DNA of 64,000 nucleotides from Candidatus Poribacteria bacterium. Its GTDB lineage: Bacteria; Poribacteria; WGA-4E; WGA-3G. The translations under genes and the position numbers were made by a program. Of the stretch, positions 1 to 10,980 are shown one piece after another. The stretch's first letter is position 1. Every line of letters starts with the position of its first letter. The stretch covers positions 2,144,001-2,208,000 of the forward strand of contig CBDANF010000003.1 in NCBI GenBank assembly GCA_965197475.1. The letters run 5' to 3'. A model generated the notes under the pieces. That model was not told where the DNA came from and did no database searches. It saw nothing but the letters and a program-made list of their open reading frames with translations.

Positions 1-1105
1 ATCTGAATTGTTCCTTACCAGTGATTGTATCCCACGCTCGAATTGTACCATCGTCGCTGCCAGTGAGAAGTGTTTTTCCATCTGGTGAAAATGCTAACGC
101 AGAAACACCGTCTTTGTGCCCCTTGAGCGTTAGAGTGGGCAAAAATCGGTTGATAGCACCCCGCCACCCTTCTTGTTTGGATTCTGCATTCCACAAACGC
201 ACACTCCCATTACCACTTCCACTTGCAAGGAGTTTACCATTTGGTGAAAAGGTTAATGCAGAAAAACTAACTGATGCTTTGTAGGTTGCGTGAGATGTTG
301 CAGTGTCCAGGTCCCACAAATGGATTGTTCTGTATTCATCACCACTTGCAAGCACCTTACCGTCAGGTGAAAAAGCCAAGGATTTGATCCTTCGTGTATG
401 TCCTGTCAATGTTAGCAAACGCTTCCCAGTGTCAGTCTTCCATATATGTATCGGGTAACCGTTTTTTCCTTCATGTATTGCGGTTGCGAGAACACGTTTA
501 TCTGGTGTGAGTGCGATAACTGGTATGAAACCGAATCCTGCTTCTAAAACAATCATCGTAATAGTCGGCGGAGCTGTGATGTTACTATTGTCCCATACAT
601 GAACCTTCATTTGACTACCCGCGCTAACAAACTTTGTGCTGTCTGCAGAAAAGGCTACTGAGTTTATGGGCCGGATTTTTTCAGTAGTTGTGAAAGTTGA
701 GAACAGTTCACCGGTATCTGCATTCCATCGCGATATTCCTCCTGTAAAATTTGCCCCCGTGAGCAACCTCCCGTCTGCTGAAAAAGCGATTCCTTTGACA
801 TCTTGTCTATCCCCCTTAAACAGTGAGATTTCTGTCCCTGTGAGTGCATCATACATCCAGACACCGATAGTGGTTGCCACAGCAAACCGAGTGCCATCCG
901 GTGAAAACTTTATGTCGTTTATGCTGCCTTTGCCTAAACGGGCTTTCGCACCTTCAGGCAATTCCCATTGGGTATACTCAACATTAGATGACTGTGGTAT
1001 CAGTTCCGTTGAATCCCGATTCTTTATCCAACGGACTAATACTGCCACAGCAATGATGGCGAACACCACCTGCAGTATTACAAAGACAATACGTGAGGCT
1101 TTCAT
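1..1105 (-). CDS. WD40-repeat protein, N-terminal part (runs off window start)
   Basis: Manual translation from the ATG at 1105 (GAAAGGA upstream): MKASRIVFVILQVVFAIIAVAVLV...EYTQWELPEGAKARLGKG, then repeated AFSPDG/GH...W units. Absent from the ORF track because it is truncated by the window edge. Confidence 0.9.
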   Translation of the reverse strand, partial: MKASRIVFVILQVVFAIIAVAVLVRWIKNRDSTELIPQSSNVEYTQWELPEGAKARLGKGSINDIKFSPDGTRFAVATTIGVWMYDALTGTEISLFKGDRQDVKGIAFSADGRLLTGANFTGGISRWNADTGELFSTFTTTEKIRPINSVAFSADSTKFVSAGSQMKVHVWDNSNITAPPTITMIVLEAGFGFIPVIALTPDKRVLATAIHEGKNGYPIHIWKTDTGKRLLTLTGHTRRIKSLAFSPDGKVLASGDEYRTIHLWDLDTATSHATYKASVSFSALTFSPNGKLLASGSGNGSVRLWNAESKQEGWRGAINRFLPTLTLKGHKDGVSALAFSPDGKTLLTGSDDGTIRAWDTITGKEQFR

Positions 1106-1249
1106 CTTCAAGTTCCTTTCACACCGTAATTTTCTAATAGTTTATCACAAAACACATTAAAATGTAATTTGTAAAAAATTGAATGGGGCAGCATTAGACC
1201 GTGCAAGGTATATTCAAATGGGAAGGATTTGGAGGAATTTGCTATTTTG

Positions 1250-3679
1250 TTACTGCTTAACAATCGTAAGGGGAAGGCTTGTTGATCTGCCTGCACCGTC
1301 AATACATGTCAATTCATGCTTTCCAGCAATAGGGGTTAAGAAAGTCGGTTCTACTGCTTGCCCCTTAAAAACAAGTTCACCGTTTAGAAACCAGAAGATC
1401 TCCTGCGTATCACCCGAAACTGAAGCAGCTAACCGAATTTTTTGATACTCTGGCGGAATGTTAGCACGGATATGATAGACAGCATCACGTGCTGGAGACA
1501 GAATAACTGGATGAGTGCCAGCAAGAGGACGTGTGCAATCAGCATTATGTGCGGGAAGCCGGGACACACCAAATCCGTTTGCATCCAACCAAGTCGCAAC
1601 CGCTGCAGGCCACACCGCAATCGTCTCTTCACGGAAATGTTTTCCGGGTCTGCACGATGAACAGAGGCGTTCGCCTGTAGTTATATCTACCTGTATGCTT
1701 TTATGTATGTGACACTCACGGACGGAAGAAACGCCTGGGATATATACATCGGATATTGAAGTTAGGCAATGAGGTGACAGTGGTAGACCTGTGAGGGCAC
1801 AAACCAGACGCGTTTTGAGGTTGACTGGTTCGGTAAACCACTGATGCGCCTTTTCTCCAGATAGTGTTGTGAAAAGAGCGAAAAGAATAGGTGCTGCGGC
1901 TTCAGAACCGCTAAGAATAGGGACTCCAGTTCCGTTGAAATTGCCGATCCATACGCCGATAGTTAGTTCTGGTGAATAACCGATACTCCACGCATCTCTG
2001 TGCCCATAGGAGGTTCCCGTTTTCCACGCCACCTTCGGCATAGTGCCAGTTACTTCAAAAGATTCAGGAAAATCGGGGCGTTTTAAGGTCGTCAACATTT
2101 CCGTGATGACCCAACTGGTCTCAGGTCGCAGTAAGCGCGATACAGATGCAGAAACAGATGCCCCACCTCTTTTCTCATTACCTGCAGCTCTGTCTACTAT
2201 TAATTGATACGGTGCAAACTCACCCATATTTGCTAAACCTGCGTAAAGATTTGTCAGTTCAAGTAGATTAACACCACATCCGCCAAGCACAAGCGAAAGT
2301 CCATATTCCACTTGATCGGAGAATGTGGAGATTCCCGCTTGTTGTAGGAGACCGTAAAGTTGACTTTCTCCCAATTTGGCATAGAGATTGACGGCGGGAA
2401 CATTAAGGGAGCGCGCTAATGCCTCTTGTGCTGTAATATATCCTGTGAATTTTCCATCGAAATTCACAGGGGAATAGCCGACATAATCAACGGGCACATC
2501 AAATAAAAGTGTTCGTGGGGTAATTATTCCTTTATCAATTGCAAGTGCATAGATAAAAGGCTTGAGCGTTGATCCGGGGGATCGTAAAGCAAGTGTGCCG
2601 TTGACTTGTCCTTCAGATGCTTTATCGAAAAAATCATGTGAGCCGACCATGGCAAGCACTTCACGGGTTTTAGTATCTATAATGACAACTGATCCTGTTG
2701 AGACACCTTGTCCTTGTAGTGGTCGCAAGTGTTCACGTAAAATACGTTCAGCAGTGTCTTGGTAGTGTTGATCAATTGTTGTGTGTATCCGCTGATTACC
2801 GACATGTTGAGATACTTGAGAAGGTTGTTCGTTGACAAGGAGGCGGGACAGATGCGGAGCCTTGAAAGGAAGCGAGTATCGTTTTTTCGGGATTGGCTCT
2901 TGTCCTGCTTCTTGCAGCTGTTGTTTAGATATTTTCCCAGCGTCTTTCATGCGTTGCAATACCTTTTTTCTTGCCTTGCGCGCACGTTCAGGAAAGCGAT
3001 CAGGACGCAATCGTTCCGGTGAATTTGGTATTGCTGCTAAAAGTGCGGCTTCTCCAAGGCTAAGCGCACTTTGCGGTTTATTAAAATAGAGACGTGCAGC
3101 TGCACCTGAACCGACAATGTTCCCGCCATAAGGTAACATATTGAAGTAAAACGTTAAAATCTCCGATTTCGTGTAGGTCAGTTCCAGTTGAAATGCTCGA
3201 AACATTTCGAAAAGTTTATTCGGCAACGTGCGATTCTTCGGTTCCATAAGCCGGGCAAGCTGCATTGTAATTGTAGAACCACCCCGTACGATTTTACCTG
3301 CTTTAAGGTTATCAAATGTTGCCCCTGCAAGTGAAACAGGGTTGATGCCCCAATGATGGTAAAACCACCGATCTTCATAAGTTAACATAGCAGTTTGGAA
3401 TCGAGGGGAGATGGCATCAAGAGAGGTTTCAGGCAATCGCCACATGTCATCGGGTGCTGTGAAAGCACGGAGCCATTCACCGTTTCTATCAAGCACTACA
3501 GTTGATGGTGGAAGTTGGAGTTTTTCCGTAGACAGTGGAAAACACCAGTTGGCGAGTGCGAAAAAGCAGAACGGAATTAGAGGTAATATAAAAATATACC
3601 ATCTTTTCCGTACGATTTTTGCAAATTTGAGATATGGGAGCGTTCGCAGATGGGAAAGACTAAGTTTCGTCAGTTTCAT
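1250..3679 (-). CDS. pbpC: Penicillin-binding protein 1C
   Basis: Transglycosylase motifs EDRWFYHHWG and GGSTITMQLAR; transpeptidase SxxK (STLK), SLN and KTG; BiPBP-type C-terminus; downstream of A2M. Start uncertain (ORF is open to 3763). Confidence 0.95.
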   Translation of the reverse strand: MKLTKLSLSHLRTLPYLKFAKIVRKRWYIFILPLIPFCFFALANWCFPLSTEKLQLPPSTVVLDRNGEWLRAFTAPDDMWRLPETSLDAISPRFQTAMLTYEDRWFYHHWGINPVSLAGATFDNLKAGKIVRGGSTITMQLARLMEPKNRTLPNKLFEMFRAFQLELTYTKSEILTFYFNMLPYGGNIVGSGAAARLYFNKPQSALSLGEAALLAAIPNSPERLRPDRFPERARKARKKVLQRMKDAGKISKQQLQEAGQEPIPKKRYSLPFKAPHLSRLLVNEQPSQVSQHVGNQRIHTTIDQHYQDTAERILREHLRPLQGQGVSTGSVVIIDTKTREVLAMVGSHDFFDKASEGQVNGTLALRSPGSTLKPFIYALAIDKGIITPRTLLFDVPVDYVGYSPVNFDGKFTGYITAQEALARSLNVPAVNLYAKLGESQLYGLLQQAGISTFSDQVEYGLSLVLGGCGVNLLELTNLYAGLANMGEFAPYQLIVDRAAGNEKRGGASVSASVSRLLRPETSWVITEMLTTLKRPDFPESFEVTGTMPKVAWKTGTSYGHRDAWSIGYSPELTIGVWIGNFNGTGVPILSGSEAAAPILFALFTTLSGEKAHQWFTEPVNLKTRLVCALTGLPLSPHCLTSISDVYIPGVSSVRECHIHKSIQVDITTGERLCSSCRPGKHFREETIAVWPAAVATWLDANGFGVSRLPAHNADCTRPLAGTHPVILSPARDAVYHIRANIPPEYQKIRLAASVSGDTQEIFWFLNGELVFKGQAVEPTFLTPIAGKHELTCIDGAGRSTSLPLTIVKQ

Positions 3680-3784
3680 CGGTAGTGTTATGGGGAAGAG
3701 TAGAGGGAAGAGGAAAACCCTCCTACTCTTCCAGCTTGCCCTATGAGTTTGGGCATAGAACAATATGTATGAATCTAATTACAA

Positions 3785-3920
3785 CAGGACTTACGCAAAT
3801 TGAGTAGAAAAGGCAGAATACGCGTGTGGTATTCTGCATGATATTGGCCTTAAAAAGTCGTTATTTCGGTATTTTAACCCCCTTATCAAGGGGACTTTTG
3901 AACCTATTGCGTAAGTCCTA
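3785..3920. mobile_element. MITE, CAGGACTTACGCAA family, copy 1
   Basis: Inverted ends AGGACTTACGCAA...TTGCGTAAGTCCT, flanked by 5-bp direct repeat TACAA; internal hairpin CCCCTTATCAAGGGG. Confidence 0.85.
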
Positions 3921-3926
3921 TACAAC

Positions 3927-6900
3927 TTACTCAATGACTTTGAGTTTACCGCTACCAGCGACAGAAGATCTCGCTGGATCATACATAGCTTCTGCGGAAA
4001 CAGGCGGTAAGGTAAAGTTTCCGCGGGTCACGGCGCGAAGTGCATAGTGGAATTTCCGTTCCCGTTGACGCGGGAAAGTACCAAAGAAGATCAACCGATC
4101 ATCGCGAATATCAACGTAATCCGGTTTGAAATTCTGCGTTTTCAACCATGGAATTCCTGCACGCGATGCTAACCTGGCATTCTCAATCTCAAAACCTGCT
4201 GGCAACATATCTACAACAACTACATTTTCAAGGTTTGATGTCAGTGCTTTTACAGTAACTTCTGCAATTACCATATCCCCATGTCGAAATTCATTATCAT
4301 AAGGCATTCCATCTTGTTTAAGATAACGTCGGCGCACCTCCAAATCCCGATCATACTCCTCAATAAAGGAATCACGCCGGATTCCGAAGGCTGACCAATA
4401 GTAATAACAACTCCCTTCGCCTTCAATAGCAATTTTCACTTGTGCGCCGTCCCAATCTGTATTCGCTAATCGAACCGAAGGCGTTGTTGAATCAAAATCA
4501 GTAAGATGCGTATCATTTAGGGTAAGTGTGCCGGTGTAGTTGCCATCCATTTTCTTCTTAAGGATTTTGCCGAGCGCGAGAAAGGCGAATGCGTTCTCTT
4601 GAGTCGTGCCCCATCGTTTTCTTTGAGACGCAGCGTCGCTAAGATAGCTCACAAGCATCGGAATTGACGGATGGTTTTCGTTGACCTCAGCGAGTACGTC
4701 AAGGATAATCGCTTGCGAACGCACAGGCGAATCGAAGTTTGTACCTGTCTGGCGGCTCCCTCCATTTTGAGATGAGATAGAAATAGGCAGCATAGAGAGT
4801 GCTGTTTCCAACTCACCACTGAGCGCAAAGGCACCCGCCAATTGAAACTGACTATAGTCCGCGAGACTACTGAGGAGGTTATTTTTAAAGTAGTGCATCA
4901 CGCCTTTTTCTGGTTGTCCTGCTGCTGCTAATACATAGCAGGCATAGACCGCACGCTCAACTTTGTGTCTATTAGATTCATTAACGGACTTTTGGTCGCT
5001 TGATATTTGTTTCGCTTGCTGTCTTAGTCCATCAAGCAATCCGTTGTAGACACGATCAGAGACTTCGTAGCCTGCTTTACGAGCTTCAACCAGAAAGTGA
5101 GAAGCATAAACACTACTCCAGTGATTGATATAACGCCCGCCCGGCCAATACGAAAAATGGTTTTGAGAGGTGAGCATACCTTCAAGTTTAGCGATACCAG
5201 ACGTAATGTAGTAATCAACGCTTTCATCCGAAACGAGTTCAGGATCAACAGTTCGCGCAACATCACTAAAATAGAGCAGTGGAAATACTCGACTTGTTGT
5301 TTGCTCAAGACAACCGTAAGGATAACGAAGTAGGTAACGAATCCCACCGGCAAACTCAATTGCAGGAAACGGAGATACAGTGAGGGTAAAGTCGGAGGAC
5401 TCTGCTATCAAATTGGAAGGCAAGACGAAATCCGCAGCATTTTCCGCGCTGACCACTCCATGCCCTGTCTCAGTTATCGGCGGCGCAGCAGACCGAAGGG
5501 GAAGTTGAACAGACATCTGTGTGCTTTCGTTATTCCCAGAAGCAGACAACGTGAAAATAGCTTTACCGATTGAATCATGAGTAAGCAGATCAAATATAAG
5601 TTGTTCCTCTCTTCCCGCTGCAATCTGGACATGCTTTCGAAGGTGATTTTCTTGAGCCTGCGGTTCTGATTCTGTAGTCCCAGGTAGGAGTCGAACATCA
5701 CCGGTCGCCTTAATTTCTACATCAAATTCTCCATCCTTTCCAGTTCCGTTGTGAACACTAACGGGGAATTGGATGCGATCACCACCTGAAAGGAAGCGTG
5801 GAAATGTCGGTGTTAATACCACCGGTTCCCGAACTTTCGTGAATTTCTCTGCGGAACCGTAGTACGCGTTGGAAAAAGCGACAGCCATTAATCGTATGGT
5901 ACCGTTAAACTGCGGAATGTGGAAACTTGCCGTGCCTCTTCCATAACGATCTGTTTTCAGAATTCCTGACCAGAGCGAGACCGGTTTCACACGCATGACG
6001 CTGGCGGTGTTGAGGCGTTTAGCACGACCACCAAGGTTCGCGGATGCATCACCACCAATGCTGGAATCGCCACGCACAATCTCAATCTCCGGTAAAATTG
6101 CGGAGTAGAGGTCATAGGCGCGTGTTTTCAGCCCACGCTGACGGTAAAAGTAACCGTGGGGATTAGGCACCCGAAAATCGGTTAACTGAAGTATCCCTTC
6201 ATCAACCGCAGCAATGGTAACATGGGAGAACGCGCTTTGTTGCCCACGCACACGGAACTTAACAGTTACATCGCTATTCGGACGAATCTCCTCAGGCGCA
6301 TCCAAATCAATGCTGAGACGATTAGGTTCAGAGTCCAATTTCAGCGGAATGATGCCAAAAGCACGCGCAGGCGCGTGTTCTTCCAACGAATCTGTTGACC
6401 GAATCAAAGTTCCGGAGAGGTATATGTTCGGTTTATAGCTGTACTTGACCGGGATCCTCAAACTCGCTGTATTGCCTTTTAAGTTAACAGTTCGGTAACT
6501 TAAAATCTTTTCCCGCTCTATTGTCAATAACAGTTTGCCGGGGAATGGTGCTTTAATCTGAAGTTTCGCAGTCTGTCCGGGTTGATACGCTGGTTTATCT
6601 AACGTCATCTCAAGCAGGCTCGGATTTTCCATGGACAAAGGAACGGATCCCCAACCGGTAGTTTCCATTTTGAGTTCCGTTTTCGCGCCGGAGGCGGTAT
6701 CTTCCAGATGTACACGATATTCGCCATACTCAGAAGGTGTAAAAGTGAATGTCCCCATCTCTGCTGCTGAAACAAATTGATGCGATTCCAAGGAAGTAAT
6801 TTGTTCATCCGACACATATTCATAACGACCTCGCGAGTTGCGGCGGAGTATAGTGTTCCAATGGACTTTATGAACAGTGAGTACTAAGTCACGTCCGGCT

Positions 6901-9371
6901 ACTGCATTTCCATTTTTGTCCACGGCAATATAGTTAAAAGAAACATTTTGATTAGGTTTAATAACCCCTGAACTTGAACGTTTGATGCCGACATAATGTG
7001 AATACGGATGAATAACAACGCGATATGAAGCCGTTACGGCTCTGCCACCAGGTTCGTTCACTGTTGCTGTTAGTACCCCATTCAACTGAGAAGGTGCTTT
7101 GACAGTGTCCGGCAGCAGGAATTTATAATGCGCTTTACCTTCAGCATCAGTCTTGGTATCTTCTAAAGTAGTCCGTTGTTTCTCAAACGGCATAGTACTC
7201 GAAAAGTGGAATGAACGCCACTTTTCCACTGGAACATACGGTACTGCTTCAAGCATGTAAGACGCTGTTACTTTTCGGTTTACAGCAGGCGGCCCGAAAA
7301 GATTAACAGCAGAAACATCCATTCCGACCTCAACGCCTAAGTCATACTCAGATTTGTCTGCCGTAACAGAGACTTTCATCCGGTCGGGCATAAACTCTTC
7401 CACCTGAAATCGTGAACGACCAATCTCCTTGTCAGCAACGCTCATCTTGGCAACATAACTTCCTGTCTGTGCGTAAGCCGGTAACGGGATTGTTATCTCA
7501 CAACCCCCGCGTCTATCCGTATTTTGACGAAATTCATTTATAACTCTACCATCTGGTGCTAAAATCTGAATGTGGGTTGGAAGCGACGGAGGTGTTGCAT
7601 TTTGCTTTCCACGGACGATTGCAGCCAGTGCTACCTTCTCACCAGGCCGATAAACCCCACGACTCGTGTAGAGAAACGCCTCATAGCCTGCTGTTAAATA
7701 AGCAGAACCGCCAACATTAAAATCTCCAGTGGAAAGTTGATGTCGGTTTAGCTGAATGAAGGATAGGTCATCCCCTTTCTCCACTGTCAGCATAAATGGG
7801 GTAAAACCCTCAGTTTTTTGATCAACTGAGGGAAACTTGACGAAGCCTTCCCAATTTGTTTTTCCAGTCAGTAGCGTTTGGTTGTTATCGCTGACTAACT
7901 TAACTGTGGCTTGTGAAACAGACTTTAAGTTGGTAAGCGAATTGACCCAAACCCATAACTCATCCCCTGCTCTTTTAGTAATGATCCCGAGGTCCGTCAA
8001 CATCACCCATTGTGTCGCACGAGCCCGATAACTCTTTGGGTCTCGAACATTAACTTTAAAAATACCGACATGTTTATCATTCAAGTACTGTCCAAGAGTA
8101 ATATACGTACGGACTTCCTCGTTCAGTTTTGAGGGAATATTAAGTGTTTCGGAATGAATTGGCTTCCCTAAATTATCTGTCCAAGCACTCCAATTTCTTA
8201 GTTTAGACACATAAACAAGGTTGTTGCCGAAGACTTTTTCTATTCGCACTTCAACATTATGTACATTTATCGTTGCCAAACCGAGATTCATATTTTGATT
8301 TCTGGTAAGAAAGAAACCATTGCCCACAAAACGGATTTGCGGAGGCACATCTGGGATTGTAAGTCGGACAGAATGTGACTTCTTTAATACGGAACCGTCG
8401 GCAGCTGTCAACCCTTCCTGAACTGTGACTTCATATTTACTACGTCGCTTGAAATCACCATGGATTTCAATCCCACCGTATCTGGTAATAATCTGAGTAT
8501 CTACCTCTGGTTTGATACGAATATACGGTTGCACCGTGTCAATTGGAATGCGGGAACTAAAACGGAGGGCAATATGAGGTTTTCCAGAGCCTTCTTGGAC
8601 ATTGGCATACGTAACACCGAGTGTGTCTCTGCCGGTTAAGGTCATTGATTTAACGTTCGCCTCTTTCAACCCGATCTGCCCACCTGTACATTTAAACCTT
8701 TTCTCAATTCGCACCTTGAGATTTTGGTCTCCGAGCAGACGCGGAATCTCTTCAGTTTCTAATTTAATCTCCCTAGCAATTCCATTTTGTGGTTGAAGCG
8801 TATAAGGTATATCAACATCCTCTTGAAGTCGGATAGACAGGTTTGCGCGTAAATCAGCAATATTGACCGGATAATTAAATGTTAACTTCCCAACAACCTT
8901 TGCGTGTGTTTTAGTGTATTTGAATTCAAGGCTTTTCTTTTGTACGCGGAAGGGTTCAGTTGAAAAAGTGAATTTTCGATCACCGGTGATGACAAACCCA
9001 AGGGGGCTCTGGTGTAATTTGGGGGAAAGTTCCACAGTATAACTTGCGGAGGGGGCTAAGGGGCTTTCTAAAAAGAAGCGGATTGTATCGCGCGCTATCC
9101 AACGGGCGACTCCCTTAACAGTGGGGGTAAATTGAATCGCACGATCCGGTAATTCAGTGTTAATCACTGAATTATCAATTATCGGTTCCGAAAACGTAAA
9201 CGTAAAATCAACCCATTGCGGAACTTTTTCGCCTTTCGGCGTAAAGGATTTAACGGTGACGCGCGGCTTTGCATCCGATATCAAACTATGGATATAGAGT
9301 GACCCGATAATCAAAATGAGCAAAGAAAGAAGGGCAACAACACCTGTTAAAAGTTTTTTTGATTCCATCAT
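3927..9371 (-). CDS. Bacterial alpha-2-macroglobulin (YfhM-like)
   Basis: 1814 aa; motifs YRPGE, FQVEEFMPDR, AAVDEGILQLT; thioester motif YPYGCLEQ; WGTTQENA; C-terminal AEAMYDP; adjacent to pbpC. Confidence 0.95.
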   Translation of the reverse strand: MMESKKLLTGVVALLSLLILIIGSLYIHSLISDAKPRVTVKSFTPKGEKVPQWVDFTFTFSEPIIDNSVINTELPDRAIQFTPTVKGVARWIARDTIRFFLESPLAPSASYTVELSPKLHQSPLGFVITGDRKFTFSTEPFRVQKKSLEFKYTKTHAKVVGKLTFNYPVNIADLRANLSIRLQEDVDIPYTLQPQNGIAREIKLETEEIPRLLGDQNLKVRIEKRFKCTGGQIGLKEANVKSMTLTGRDTLGVTYANVQEGSGKPHIALRFSSRIPIDTVQPYIRIKPEVDTQIITRYGGIEIHGDFKRRSKYEVTVQEGLTAADGSVLKKSHSVRLTIPDVPPQIRFVGNGFFLTRNQNMNLGLATINVHNVEVRIEKVFGNNLVYVSKLRNWSAWTDNLGKPIHSETLNIPSKLNEEVRTYITLGQYLNDKHVGIFKVNVRDPKSYRARATQWVMLTDLGIITKRAGDELWVWVNSLTNLKSVSQATVKLVSDNNQTLLTGKTNWEGFVKFPSVDQKTEGFTPFMLTVEKGDDLSFIQLNRHQLSTGDFNVGGSAYLTAGYEAFLYTSRGVYRPGEKVALAAIVRGKQNATPPSLPTHIQILAPDGRVINEFRQNTDRRGGCEITIPLPAYAQTGSYVAKMSVADKEIGRSRFQVEEFMPDRMKVSVTADKSEYDLGVEVGMDVSAVNLFGPPAVNRKVTASYMLEAVPYVPVEKWRSFHFSSTMPFEKQRTTLEDTKTDAEGKAHYKFLLPDTVKAPSQLNGVLTATVNEPGGRAVTASYRVVIHPYSHYVGIKRSSSGVIKPNQNVSFNYIAVDKNGNAVAGRDLVLTVHKVHWNTILRRNSRGRYEYVSDEQITSLESHQFVSAAEMGTFTFTPSEYGEYRVHLEDTASGAKTELKMETTGWGSVPLSMENPSLLEMTLDKPAYQPGQTAKLQIKAPFPGKLLLTIEREKILSYRTVNLKGNTASLRIPVKYSYKPNIYLSGTLIRSTDSLEEHAPARAFGIIPLKLDSEPNRLSIDLDAPEEIRPNSDVTVKFRVRGQQSAFSHVTIAAVDEGILQLTDFRVPNPHGYFYRQRGLKTRAYDLYSAILPEIEIVRGDSSIGGDASANLGGRAKRLNTASVMRVKPVSLWSGILKTDRYGRGTASFHIPQFNGTIRLMAVAFSNAYYGSAEKFTKVREPVVLTPTFPRFLSGGDRIQFPVSVHNGTGKDGEFDVEIKATGDVRLLPGTTESEPQAQENHLRKHVQIAAGREEQLIFDLLTHDSIGKAIFTLSASGNNESTQMSVQLPLRSAAPPITETGHGVVSAENAADFVLPSNLIAESSDFTLTVSPFPAIEFAGGIRYLLRYPYGCLEQTTSRVFPLLYFSDVARTVDPELVSDESVDYYITSGIAKLEGMLTSQNHFSYWPGGRYINHWSSVYASHFLVEARKAGYEVSDRVYNGLLDGLRQQAKQISSDQKSVNESNRHKVERAVYACYVLAAAGQPEKGVMHYFKNNLLSSLADYSQFQLAGAFALSGELETALSMLPISISSQNGGSRQTGTNFDSPVRSQAIILDVLAEVNENHPSIPMLVSYLSDAASQRKRWGTTQENAFAFLALGKILKKKMDGNYTGTLTLNDTHLTDFDSTTPSVRLANTDWDGAQVKIAIEGEGSCYYYWSAFGIRRDSFIEEYDRDLEVRRRYLKQDGMPYDNEFRHGDMVIAEVTVKALTSNLENVVVVDMLPAGFEIENARLASRAGIPWLKTQNFKPDYVDIRDDRLIFFGTFPRQRERKFHYALRAVTRGNFTLPPVSAEAMYDPARSSVAGSGKLKVIE

Positions 9372-9439
9372 AAAATGTCTCCTAAAGTTGGCATGTTATT
9401 CAAATCTCTGAAGGTCATTTTTTCATTCGTAAGGTATGT

Positions 9440-9456
9440 AGCAATTTTCGTGCCAA
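9440..9456 (-). promoter_or_regulatory. Putative sigma54 (-24/-12) promoter of the A2M-pbpC operon
   Basis: Minus strand TTGGCACGAAAATTGCT matches TGGCAC-N5-TTGC, about 70 bp upstream of the start. Confidence 0.7.
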
Positions 9457-9724
9457 AATTTGCGTTTTCTAACGGTATCCCGGAATCGTTTAGGTTTTGT
9501 GTTTTGCCCTCCTCTATCTACAACACGCAACAAACCACGTGAGGACACTCAAATCAATGGGTTATAGAATGTGTATCTTGGTTCCTGACGTTATCTGATC
9601 TTCAGGTTTATCCTTATAAACAACCAAAAATAATATGTTCTGTTATTAACTTATGCTCCAAACTCAAAATGGGATCTTAAGCAAGGAACAAGGGTAAACA
9701 TTTTACCATAGACATTATAATGAA

Positions 9725-10723
9725 TTAAATAGAAGGAGTTTCATAACGCCAGGGTCTGAAGTTTAGGCGAAAATTGTGTAAACCACAACAGGTTTCCATA
9801 ACTAAATCACAAAACCCTTTCTTCCAATTCCTGAGTTTATCTTTGACAATGAACTAAATCACAAAACCCTTTCTTCCAATTCCTGAGTTTATCTTTGACA
9901 ATGCGGCATCTTTTGACACCACTAATCGCATGTTCAACGCGTATGCGTATAGACGCTATCTTTCTATTGTTTTCTTTTTCTTCATTCGTCCGTTCTCTAC
10001 CTCTCGGTTTTTTCTTCGGTTGAATGATGTTTATATCCGGGAGAACGAAACCCTGAAAACCGGTATCTTGGGACAATGTGCTACCCTGTGGCACACAATA
10101 GCCCACCATATCGGCTATGTGTTTGTCATGATATCTCCCTTCAAAGAAGGTGTCAATAGGACAACTTTGCAGGTCTCATTGATAATCAAATTATTTTTCA
10201 CTGTATGACATTTCTTTTTACCACTATAATAACCCTTTTGAGTTTGTGGGTCTTTGGGGCATCGTATCGGGCGTTCGGTGCTATCATGAAAAAAATGTTC
10301 TCCTTCTTGATTTTGAGTTGATACTTTTGATGGAGCACATATAGGGGCGGGGTCTGTTTCCCGAGATGGCAACTCTCCAAGTTCTGCTAATGCTTTGTTC
10401 AATATCGATAAAAGCAAGTGAATCCATCTATTAGCAAGAGGTTGAGACATGCCAAAGAGCGCACCGAATAGCACTTGTTTCGGTGCTTCACGAAGGTAAA
10501 TCAGTATAAATAGCAACATATCTTCAGGTGTATCAAAACGACTATTTTTATACGGTTTATATCTCCGTTTTTTGCGCGGTTTTCCTGCAAGGGTATGTGT
10601 TTGAACATACTCTAAAAAACATTTAGTAAAATAAGGTGATAGTTCAGTCCAATCTTCTAAGGTATATCCGGTGAGGGACAGGAGCGTATCAGGTTTGTCC
10701 CTTAGTTCTTGAAAACTTATCAT
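9725..10723 (-). pseudogene. Transposase (HTH_Tnp_4 + DDE_Tnp_4 type), frameshifted
   Basis: Motifs DSTERPI, YYSGKKKCHTVKN, DTGFQG, RIRVEHAISGVKR; -1 shift near 10145; 52-bp duplication near the 3' end; original tail CDLVMETCCGLHNFR...PSI* ends at 9725. Confidence 0.85.
9800..9903. repeat. Perfect 52-bp tandem duplication in the transposase
   Basis: 9800-9851 is identical to 9852-9903. Confidence 0.95.
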
Positions 10724-10854
10724 GAGTTAGCCTCCTATTGTCCGATTGTAATAAGTATAATAGAGACTAACCAAACGGACAACTAATTAGTTATAATGTC
10801 TCATGTGTAAAAATAAACACACTTATTTTAAAATAGCAAGGAATCCAAATACCT

Positions 10855-10977
10855 CAGGACTTACGCAAATTGGGGAGAAAAAGGAAGTATTGGACTTAAA
10901 AAGTCGTTATTTCGGTGTTTTTAACCCCCTAAATCCCCCTTATCAAGGGGATTTTTGAACCTATTGCGTAAGTCCTG
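10855..10977. mobile_element. MITE, CAGGACTTACGCAA family, copy 2
   Basis: CAGGACTTACGCAA...TTGCGTAAGTCCTG; 5-bp direct repeat TACCT; interior similar to copy 1. Confidence 0.85.
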
Positions 10978-10980
10978 TAC

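Larger units (their letters stand above)
9710..10801 (-). mobile_element. IS5-superfamily (ISL2-like) insertion sequence, inactivated
   Basis: TIRs AGACATTATAAnnAATTA at both ends; 3-bp direct repeat CAT (9707-9709 and 10802-10804); encodes transposase fragments. Confidence 0.85.

Noticed and set aside
21-1160. Plus-strand ORFs 21-284 and 636-1160, and similar short overlapping ORFs throughout
   Set aside because: Antisense or alternate-frame shadows of well-supported genes
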